A model generated the notes under the pieces. That model had not been told where the DNA came from and made no database searches. It saw only the letters and a list, made by a program, of their open reading frames with translations. Positions 10,304-20,233 of a DNA stretch of 64,000 nt are shown here, piece by piece. This stretch comes from Candidatus Eiseniibacteriota bacterium (GTDB lineage: Bacteria > Eisenbacteria > RBG-16-71-46). Positions within the stretch are counted from its first letter, which is position 1, and the number at the start of each line of letters is the position of its first letter. The translations under genes were made by a program, and so were the position numbers. The stretch lies in NCBI GenBank assembly GCA_963725865.1, contig CAVSAC010000019.1, positions 96,001 through 160,000 on the forward strand, written 5' to 3'.

Positions 10304-11593
10304 CTACGTCGGGAACGCGATGACGACCGTCGTGCCCTCGCCCGGGGCGCTGTGGCGGATGGTGAGCCGGCCGGCGTGGTACTCCTCGACCACCCGCCGC
10401 GCCAGCGCCAGCCCCAGTCCCCAGCCGCGGAGCTTGGTGGTGTAGCCGGGCTCGAACGCGCGCCGCTGCTCGGCCGGCGTCATGCCGCGGCCGTTGTCGC
10501 GGATCACGATCTCCACCGCCTCGGTCTGCTTGCGGCGCTCGACCGTCACCTCGATCACGCCGGGCGGCGTCTCGATCGCCGAGACCGCGTTGGAGATCAG
10601 GTTCTCGAGCGCCCATTCGAGCAGCTCGGCGTTCAGGTTCACCGGCGGCACGTCGTCGTAGCGTTCCCGCAGCTCGATCTCGCCAGCGCCCTGTGGCAGG
10701 CGCTTGCGCATGTAGAGCACCGCCTCGCCCACCACCGGCACCACGTCCTGCTGCTGCAGGCTCGGGGTCGAGCCGACGCGGCTGAAGCGCTGCGCCACCT
10801 TGTTGAGGCGCTCGACGTCGCGCTCCATCTCGCCCAGCGTCTCCTCGAGCTCCGGACGCGACAGCGTCACGCGGTCGTCGGGACCCGCACTCTCGGCGTT
10901 CGCGCGCAGCAGCTCGACCCATCCCATCAGCGACGACAGCGGAGTGCCGAGCTGGTGCGCGGTCTCCTTGGCCATCCCCACCCAGATGGTGCGCTTCTCC
11001 GCCTGGCGGATGCTCGAGAGTCCCAGCAGCCCGATGCCCAGCAGCAGCACCACACCCCCGAGCGAGACGTAGGGCATCCAGCGCAGGCGTTCGAGCATCG
11101 GGAACGGGCCGTAGTGCAGCTTGCCGAGCAGCACTCCGGTGGCCGGCTGCTTCATCTCGATCGGCGCGTTGTGGCGGTCGAGCTCGGCGGCCTGCGCGCG
11201 CACGCGCTCGATGCGGGCACGGATCGCCGGCGCCACCGGCATGCCCATGCTCAGGCTGTCGATCGATTCGGCTGGCACCTGGTCGCGCCCCACGCCGACC
11301 GCGCGCCACGCGCGCGGCGTGCCGCTCGTGTCGGTGATGACGATCGGGAAGTCGAGGCTCGCGACGAGGTCTCCGAACACCTTCTCGAGCACCGGGTCGC
11401 GGATCGCGGGGAACGACGCCTGGGCGCAGAACCGCGCGAGCACCCGCGAGGTGGCGGTGATCTCCTCCGAGAGCCGGCGCACGAACTGGTTCGTCCACAG
11501 GAACACCGCCGCGACGAGCACGATGCTCCCCACGATGAGCCCCGCCCGCAGGGCGGTGGTGCGCGAACCGCCGGTGCCGCGGAAGACGTTCAT
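10304..11593 (-). CDS. Membrane sensor histidine kinase (PorY-like)
   Basis: Two TM segments, H-box WVGMAKETAHQLGTPLSSLMGW, ENLISNA, DNGRGM, F.PGYTTK.RGWGLGL. Confidence 0.88.
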   Translation of the reverse strand: MNVFRGTGGSRTTALRAGLIVGSIVLVAAVFLWTNQFVRRLSEEITATSRVLARFCAQASFPAIRDPVLEKVFGDLVASLDFPIVITDTSGTPRAWRAVGVGRDQVPAESIDSLSMGMPVAPAIRARIERVRAQAAELDRHNAPIEMKQPATGVLLGKLHYGPFPMLERLRWMPYVSLGGVVLLLGIGLLGLSSIRQAEKRTIWVGMAKETAHQLGTPLSSLMGWVELLRANAESAGPDDRVTLSRPELEETLGEMERDVERLNKVAQRFSRVGSTPSLQQQDVVPVVGEAVLYMRKRLPQGAGEIELRERYDDVPPVNLNAELLEWALENLISNAVSAIETPPGVIEVTVERRKQTEAVEIVIRDNGRGMTPAEQRRAFEPGYTTKLRGWGLGLALARRVVEEYHAGRLTIRHSAPGEGTTVVIAFPT

Positions 11594-11597
11594 GCGC

Positions 11598-13758
<2,161 letters not shown>

Positions 13759-13807
13759 GCTTGTCCTCCTCCGAGAGTCACAGCGGGTGCGGGCCCGATG
13801 AGCCCCG

Positions 13808-15136
13808 CTACCGCATCATCCCCCGCAGTCCGGCGAGGGACCGCGGGCCGCCCTTGAGACGCTTCATCAGCGTCCGGGCCTGTTCGAAATCCTTGAGCAG
13901 CCGATTGACGTCGCTCACCGACGTTCCGCTGCCCGCTGCGATGCGGCGCCGGCGCGATCCATCGATCACGCGCGGCGACCGCCGTTCCTTGCGGGTCATG
14001 CTGAGCAGGATGGCCTCGAAGCGGCGAACCCGGTCCATGTCGGGCTTCGCCTGGTCGAGCGCCGCCTGATTCACGCCCGGGAGCATCTTCATGATGTCCT
14101 CGAGCGGTCCCATCTTCTTGAGCTGGCGTATCTGCTCGAGAAAGTCCTCGAGCGTGAAATCCGACTTCCGCATGCGCTCGGCGAGCCGCATCGCATCCTG
14201 CTCGTCGACCGCCGCCCGCGCCTTCTCGACCAGTCCGACCACGTCGCCCATGCCGAGGATGCGTCCGGCCACCCGCTGCGCGTCGAACGTCTCCAGTCCG
14301 TCGAGCTTCTCGCCGGTGCCGAGGAACAGGATCGGCTTGCCCGTCACCTGCCTCAGCGAGAGCGCCGCTCCGCCGCGCGCGTCGCCGTCCATCTTGGTGA
14401 GCACCAGCCCGTCGACGCCGATCTTCTCGGCGAACGTCTGGCCGATGCGCACCGCCTCCTGGCCCGTCATGCCGTCGACGACCAGCACCACCTGATGCGC
14501 CCGCACCATCCGCTTGAGCGCGCCCAGCTCGTCCATGAGCGCTTCGTCGATGTGCAGCCGGCCCGCGGTGTCGAGGATCAGGAAGTCGAATCCCCGCGTC
14601 CGCGCCTGCTCCAACGCACCTGCCGCGATCGCCTCCGGCGCCGTGCCCGCGGGCGCGCGCCAGAACGAGGCGCTCGCCTGCGGGGCCAGCCGCTCGAGCT
14701 GGTCGATCGCGGCCGGCCGGTACACGTCGGCGCTCGCGAGCAGCACGCGCTTGTTCCGTTCGTGCAGCCAGCGCGCCAGCTTGCCGGCGAACGTGGTCTT
14801 GCCCGAGCCCTGAAGGCCGGCGAGCAGCACCACCGTCGGCACGTGCGGCGAGCCGGCGAGCGTGATCGGGCTCTGCCCGAGCAGGCTCACCAGCTCCTCC
14901 TGCACGATCCCCACCACCTGCTGGCCGGCGGTGAGACTCTTCAGCACGTCCTCGCCGACCGCCCGCGCCTCGACCCGCGCCACGAAGTCGCGGGCCACCG
15001 CCACATGCACGTCGGCCTCGAGGAGCGCACGGCGCACCTCGCGCAGGCTGTCGCGAATGTTGTCCGGCGTGAGTCGGGCCTGCCCGGTGAGATTCCGGAC
15101 GATGCCCTGAAGGCGATCGGTGAGTGCTTCGAACAC
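13808..15136 (-). CDS. ffh: Signal recognition particle protein
   Basis: GLQGSGKTT, DVYRPAA, DTAGRL, TKMDGDARGG, RILGMGD, M-domain. Confidence 0.97.
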   Translation of the reverse strand: MFEALTDRLQGIVRNLTGQARLTPDNIRDSLREVRRALLEADVHVAVARDFVARVEARAVGEDVLKSLTAGQQVVGIVQEELVSLLGQSPITLAGSPHVPTVVLLAGLQGSGKTTFAGKLARWLHERNKRVLLASADVYRPAAIDQLERLAPQASASFWRAPAGTAPEAIAAGALEQARTRGFDFLILDTAGRLHIDEALMDELGALKRMVRAHQVVLVVDGMTGQEAVRIGQTFAEKIGVDGLVLTKMDGDARGGAALSLRQVTGKPILFLGTGEKLDGLETFDAQRVAGRILGMGDVVGLVEKARAAVDEQDAMRLAERMRKSDFTLEDFLEQIRQLKKMGPLEDIMKMLPGVNQAALDQAKPDMDRVRRFEAILLSMTRKERRSPRVIDGSRRRRIAAGSGTSVSDVNRLLKDFEQARTLMKRLKGGPRSLAGLRGMMR

Positions 15137-15162
15137 GTTCCCTCTGGGTCTCGAAGCGGGGA

Positions 15163-15192
15163 CTTATACCACGCCGCGCGGCAAACGGTAAA
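15163..15192 (-). promoter_or_regulatory. Putative sigma70 promoter of ffh, TTTACC-N18-TATAAG with extended -10 TG
   Basis: Located in the short gap upstream of the ffh GTG. Confidence 0.4.
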
Positions 15193-15257
15193 GCTCGGGG
15201 TTCGCGGCAGTTAGCGCGCGAGGCGGGCGTCTCGCCACTGCACCACCGGGTGCCCCG

Positions 15258-16028
15258 ATGTCCAATCACCTGGCACTGCGTGCGGTGGCCGACGGCGCCG
15301 GCGGCGTGATCGTCGCGTGGGCGGACTCCACCGACGGCGTGGGCGCGGTGCGCGTCCAGCGGCTCGACGCGAATGGCGCGACGGCGGCGGGCTGGCTCGC
15401 CTCGGGGCGCTCGCTGACCGACGATCCGTCGATCGCGACCGCCGGACCCGTGGTCGCGGACCGCCTCGGCGGTGTCGTCGTCGGGCTCCAGCGCGCGACC
15501 GGCGTCGCGCAGTACGACCTGTTCGCGTCGCACGTGACCGCCGCGGGCGCGCTCGACCCGATCTGGCCGGCGGGCGGCCTGCTGGTCATCGGCCTGTCCG
15601 GGCTGCTCAGCCCACCTGCGTCGTTGGTGGCGGACGGGCACGGCGGCGCCCTCGCGATCTGGGTGCGCCGACCGTTCAGCTCCGTGGCCGAGGTGCGCGC
15701 GTACCGGCTCGGAGCGGACGGCCTGCCCACCACGGAGGTGCCGCGCACGTTCGCGGCGGGCGCGATCGCGGTCTCGCCGAATCCGTCCGCGGGGATCACG
15801 CGCCTCGCGTTCACGCTCGCGGGCAGCGGCCCGGTGCGTCTCGGCGTGTACGACGTGAGCGGTCGTCGGGTGCGTACGCTCGAATCTGGCGCGCTTCCCG
15901 CGGGCGGCCACACGCGGCAGTGGGACGGCCGTGACGATGCGGGCGCGGTCATGCCCGCGGGGCTCTACCTGGTGCGCGCCAGTGGCGCGGGCCTCGAGAG
16001 CACCGCGCGAATCGTGCGGGTGAAGTAG
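15258..16028 (+). CDS. FlgD-Ig/T9SS-CTD-like domain protein with DGxGG/WPxxG repeats; probably 5'-truncated
   Basis: PNP..YDVSGRRVRTL..WDGRDDAG..GLYLVR..RIVRVK. No signal peptide; in-frame TAA at 15189. Confidence 0.7.
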   Translation: MSNHLALRAVADGAGGVIVAWADSTDGVGAVRVQRLDANGATAAGWLASGRSLTDDPSIATAGPVVADRLGGVVVGLQRATGVAQYDLFASHVTAAGALDPIWPAGGLLVIGLSGLLSPPASLVADGHGGALAIWVRRPFSSVAEVRAYRLGADGLPTTEVPRTFAAGAIAVSPNPSAGITRLAFTLAGSGPVRLGVYDVSGRRVRTLESGALPAGGHTRQWDGRDDAGAVMPAGLYLVRASGAGLESTARIVRVK

Positions 16029-16214
16029 CCCCGCGAATGTGCGAGCGGGCCGGGAGCGCGCCCCACGCTCCCGGCCCGCGGTCGTCGGGGCGCACTCACG
16101 GCGGATCGCCGCGTCGCGCCACTTCCGCCTCGGGAACCTCGCGGGGGTGGGCTAACGTCATTGCGTGTCACCGCGTGGGCCGCCGACCGCGTTCTCCCCG
16201 GTGAAGGAGGATCC

Positions 16215-18680
16215 ATGCCCCCTCGCTCACTTCGCGCTTCGTGGTTCGCTCCACTCGCCCTCGCGGTCGTCCTGTGGCCGGCCAGCGCCGCCGCCGCGTG
16301 GCCGTCCAATCCCGCGATCGATCTCCCGGTGAGCCTGGCCCCCGGCAGCAAGGGTCCGCCGTTCGTCTGCTCCGATGGCGCCGGCGGTGCCTTCGTCGCC
16401 TGGCGGGATGACCGCAACGCGGCGACCTCGGGAATCGACCTGTACATGCAGCACTTGACCGCGGCCGGGACGGTCGCGACGGGCTGGCCCGCGAACGGCC
16501 TCGCGGTGTGCAACGCGACCGGGACCCAGATCCCCGCCGACCTGATCCCCGACGGGAGCGGCGGTGCGTACGTCACGTGGCGCGACTTCCGCGCCGGGAA
16601 CTCCGATATCTATCTCCTGCGCGTGAGCCGTGACGCCACGCCGCTCGCCGGCTGGCCGGTGAACGGGCTCGCGGTCAGCACCCGGCTCGACGACGAGGGC
16701 GCGGACCAGCTGGCGCTGGATGAGGCGGGCGGCGTCTTCGTGGTGTGGGGCCTGTCGAGCGCGGGGCCGACCGTCGACGATCTCTATGCGACCCGGCTGG
16801 CGGGGAACGGCACCACGGTCGCGGGCTGGCCGGCGGGCGGCAAGGCGCTGGTGGCCACGACGGCGTTCGAGGACATGCCCTCGATCGCCGTCGCGACCGA
16901 CGGCCGACTGATGGTCGCGTACTCGGCCAACGGCTCGGGCAGCTACGACATCCGGCTCGGGTTCTTCGTGGCCGCGAACGGAACGGTCTCGCTCGACCTC
17001 CCGGTGTGCGCCGCGGCCGGCAACCAGACCCTGCCGCACCTGGTCTCCAACGGGGCCGGCGGCGCCGAGCTGTTCTGGACCGACGCGCGCACGGCGACCA
17101 CCGCGGTCTACGGCAGCGCGGTGCTCGCCAACGGGAGCATCCCCACCGGCTGGCCCGCCAACGGTCAGTCGTTCTTCACCAGCTCGGCCGGGCTGCTCGA
17201 CGTCGTCTCCGACGATCACGGCGGCGCCTGGGTGCTGGTGGCGAACGACAACGGTGGCGATCCCACGCTCGAGCTCGCCCGCGTGATGCCGTCGGGCGCG
17301 GTGATCTATCCGATCGTGAACGGATTCGCCGGCATCACCACGGGGGGCGCGATCGTTCCCGACGGCCAGGGCGGCGTGATCCTCGGCTGGCAGGCCCAGC
17401 TCCTGGCGACGCTGGGCTCCGATATCTATGGGCTGCGGCTCGACCTGAACGGAAGTGTGGTCGCCGGATGGCAGGACTCGCGGAACCCGGGCCCACATCT
17501 CGTCTGCGGCGCGCCCGGGGATCAGTTCGGCGTCGCACTGACCGACGATGGTGGTCACGGCGCGATCCTGGTGTGGGACGACGATCGCACCGGAGGCAGC
17601 GAACTGTACGCGCAGCGGGTGGAGCGCTTCGGAGCGCTGGGGAACCCGGAGCCCGCGATCACGGGCGTCCAGGACGTGAAGAACGATCAGGGCGGCGTCG
17701 TGCGCGTGGCCTGGAACGCCTCGTACCTCGATGCCGAGCCGAACCTGCCGATCGCGGCGTACCGACTGTGGCGCCAGTTGCCGGCGGCGGCCGCGACGCA
17801 GGCGCTGCGCGAGGGCCGCGCGCGCATCGTCGAGCCCGGCGTCGCGGACCTCGGCGCGACCGGAGTCGGGACCGCCCGCGCGCTGCGGATCACGGAGCGC
17901 GACGGCGCGCAGTACTTCTGGGAGCCCGCCGGTGTGATCACCGCAGCGGGACTGGCCGGCTACTCGGTCGCGGCGCTGACCGCCGGTGATTCGAGCGCGG
18001 CCGGGAATCCACTCACCGCATTCATGGTCGACGCGCTCGCTGCCGACGGCCGGTTCTGGTCGTCGGCCGCGGACAGCGGCTACTCGATCGACAATCTCGC
18101 GCCGGCGACGCCATCGCCGTTCACCGGCACGTTCGCCTCCGGCATCGGCGCGAGCCTGTTCTGGGGCGCCAGCACCGAGCCCGACTTCGCGGCGTACCGG
18201 CTCTATCGCGGCGTCCGCCCGGACTTCCCGCCCGGTCCGGCCTCCCTCGTGTCGCAGGCGGGCACCCCCGGCTACTTCGACGCGGGCGCGTCCCCGGCCT
18301 ACTACAAGCTCTCGGCGGTCGACGTGCACGGCAACGAGAGCGCCTTCGCTTTCCTGCTGCCCGCGGGCGCGCTCGCGGTCGACGACGTCGCGGCGCCGCG
18401 CGAGGTCGCGCTCGCGCCGCTCGCCCCGAACCCGGCGCGCGGCCGCGGCGTGACGGTGGCGTTCGCGCTCCCGCGCGCGATGCACGCGAGGCTTGCCGTC
18501 TACGACGTGCAGGGCCGCCGCGTGCGCTCGCTGCTCGCCGGCATGCTGGACGCGGGGAACCACGTCCGCGCGTGGGACGGTCGCGACGACGGCGGCACCG
18601 GGGTGGCCGCGGCGGTCTACCTGGTGCGACTCGAGACCTCCGAGCGCACGCTCACGCGGCGGATGGTGTGGATGCCGTAA
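16215..18680 (+). CDS. Secreted repeat (beta-propeller-like) protein with FN3-like and FlgD-Ig/T9SS-CTD-like domains
   Basis: AAGGAGG RBS; signal peptide ending ASAAAA; repeated DGAGG.FVAW.D.R and GWPANG units; DNLAPATP..YKLSAVDVHGNES; C-terminal PNP..YDVQGRRVR..WDG..VYLVRL. Confidence 0.85.
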   Translation: MPPRSLRASWFAPLALAVVLWPASAAAAWPSNPAIDLPVSLAPGSKGPPFVCSDGAGGAFVAWRDDRNAATSGIDLYMQHLTAAGTVATGWPANGLAVCNATGTQIPADLIPDGSGGAYVTWRDFRAGNSDIYLLRVSRDATPLAGWPVNGLAVSTRLDDEGADQLALDEAGGVFVVWGLSSAGPTVDDLYATRLAGNGTTVAGWPAGGKALVATTAFEDMPSIAVATDGRLMVAYSANGSGSYDIRLGFFVAANGTVSLDLPVCAAAGNQTLPHLVSNGAGGAELFWTDARTATTAVYGSAVLANGSIPTGWPANGQSFFTSSAGLLDVVSDDHGGAWVLVANDNGGDPTLELARVMPSGAVIYPIVNGFAGITTGGAIVPDGQGGVILGWQAQLLATLGSDIYGLRLDLNGSVVAGWQDSRNPGPHLVCGAPGDQFGVALTDDGGHGAILVWDDDRTGGSELYAQRVERFGALGNPEPAITGVQDVKNDQGGVVRVAWNASYLDAEPNLPIAAYRLWRQLPAAAATQALREGRARIVEPGVADLGATGVGTARALRITERDGAQYFWEPAGVITAAGLAGYSVAALTAGDSSAAGNPLTAFMVDALAADGRFWSSAADSGYSIDNLAPATPSPFTGTFASGIGASLFWGASTEPDFAAYRLYRGVRPDFPPGPASLVSQAGTPGYFDAGASPAYYKLSAVDVHGNESAFAFLLPAGALAVDDVAAPREVALAPLAPNPARGRGVTVAFALPRAMHARLAVYDVQGRRVRSLLAGMLDAGNHVRAWDGRDDGGTGVAAAVYLVRLETSERTLTRRMVWMP

Positions 18681-18761
18681 CCGACCCGGGCGGAGCGGCG
18701 GCGAGCGCGCCGGAGGGCGGGATCGCGCCGCCTCGCGCCGCGGTCGGCCCCCCCGCAGGCT

Positions 18762-19439
18762 TCAGCGGATCGCGTCGCGCAGGGCGGCCAGTGCGGCGCG
18801 CGGGTCGCTCTGGCGGAACACCGCGTTGCCGGCCACGAACACCTCGGCGCCCGCGGCGCGGGCGAGGCGCGCGGTGTCGGGCGTGATGCCGCCGTCGACC
18901 TCGATCAGGTAGCGCGCGCCGTGCGCGCGCCGCCACGCGGCGGCCTCGCGCACCTTGTCCAGCTGCTCGGCCCGGAACGTCTGCCCGCCGAAGCCGGGCT
19001 CCACCGTCATCACCAGCAGCAGGTCCAGCCCCAGCAGGTGCGGCACCGCGCCCGCGAACGGCGTGCCGGGCTTGAGCGCCAGCCCCGCGCGCGCCCCGCT
19101 GGTGCGCACTGCCTCGAGCGCTCCCGCCACGGTGTGATCGTGGGGTGCCTCGAGGTGCAGGGTGAGCTGGTCCGCCCCGGCGTCGCGGAACGCCCCCACC
19201 AGCCGCTGCGGACGATCGATCATCAGGTGGACGTCGAGGAACGCGGAACTGAGCTTGCGCGCGGCGGCCACCATCAGCGGCCCGAAGGTGAGGTTGGGCA
19301 CGAAGTGGTTGTCCATCACGTCGCAGTGCAGCCAGTCGCGCGCCGGGTCGGCGATCGCGAGCTCCTCGCCGAGCCGCGCGAAGTCGGCGGACAGGATGGA
19401 CGGCGCGGCGATGGGCGGCGTGAGCGCGGGCGTGGTCAT
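18762..19439 (-). CDS. rpe: Ribulose-phosphate 3-epimerase
   Basis: APSILSADF, HCDVMDNHFVPNLTFG, DVHLMI, MTVEPGFGGQ, EVDGGI. Confidence 0.96.
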   Translation of the reverse strand: MTTPALTPPIAAPSILSADFARLGEELAIADPARDWLHCDVMDNHFVPNLTFGPLMVAAARKLSSAFLDVHLMIDRPQRLVGAFRDAGADQLTLHLEAPHDHTVAGALEAVRTSGARAGLALKPGTPFAGAVPHLLGLDLLLVMTVEPGFGGQTFRAEQLDKVREAAAWRRAHGARYLIEVDGGITPDTARLARAAGAEVFVAGNAVFRQSDPRAALAALRDAIR

Positions 19440-20233
19440 CGGATCATCCGTCCCGTGCCCTGCACGACGATCGTGGTGGAGAGCGAGATCCGCGAGCCCG
19501 GCGCCGGGTCCTGGAACACGATGGTGCCGATCGAGGGCGCCGCCGGCGGCGTCAGCACCTTGAAGCCGAACGACTCGAGTTGCCGGCGCGCGCCGGCGAT
19601 CTCACGTCCCAGCAGGTCCGGCATCACGAAGTACTCCTCGCGCGAGCCGGTCGAGACCAGCAGCCCGACCACGCCATCGCGCGGCAGCACGGTCTCGGCG
19701 GGCGGATCGGAGTCCACCACCAGGCCCTCGCCCACCGCCTCGGACGGAGCGTGGGTGAGCCCGCCGACGCGCAGGCCCGCGCGCTCGACCAGCAGGCGCG
19801 CGCCGCGCACCGATTCGCCGAACACCGCGGGGACCGACGACGACTCCTCGCCGAGGCTCACGACCACCATCACCCGCTTGCGGCCGCGCACCGGCGTCTC
19901 GGCGGGCGGATCCTGGCCCACGATGAAGCCGCGCGGCACCGAGGCGTCGAACCGCTCGCCGGAACGCGAGACCGCGATCCCCATCGGCCGCAGCTGGCGC
20001 TCGGCCTGCTCGACGGTGAGATTCGTGAGGTCGGGCAGACGCACCTCCCCCGCGCTGTGGATCAGGCGCGGCATGATGAGGTTGTTGAAGAGCAGCATGC
20101 CGGTCGCGAACGCCACGCCCGCCAGGACGAGCAGCGCGACCAGTCCGCGGATGCGACGGCGGCGCGGCCGCGGCGCGGTCGTCCGCGGCGGATCCGGCGC
20201 CGGTGCGGCACCCGAGACCGGCGCGTCGCTCAC
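19436..20233 (-). CDS. Membrane-anchored triple-PASTA domain protein
   Basis: Single TM, then LPDLTNL/VPAVFG/MPDLLG repeats with Q.P..G motifs; typical position between rsmB and rpe. Confidence 0.88.
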   Translation of the reverse strand: MSDAPVSGAAPAPDPPRTTAPRPRRRRIRGLVALLVLAGVAFATGMLLFNNLIMPRLIHSAGEVRLPDLTNLTVEQAERQLRPMGIAVSRSGERFDASVPRGFIVGQDPPAETPVRGRKRVMVVVSLGEESSSVPAVFGESVRGARLLVERAGLRVGGLTHAPSEAVGEGLVVDSDPPAETVLPRDGVVGLLVSTGSREEYFVMPDLLGREIAGARRQLESFGFKVLTPPAAPSIGTIVFQDPAPGSRISLSTTIVVQGTGRMIR

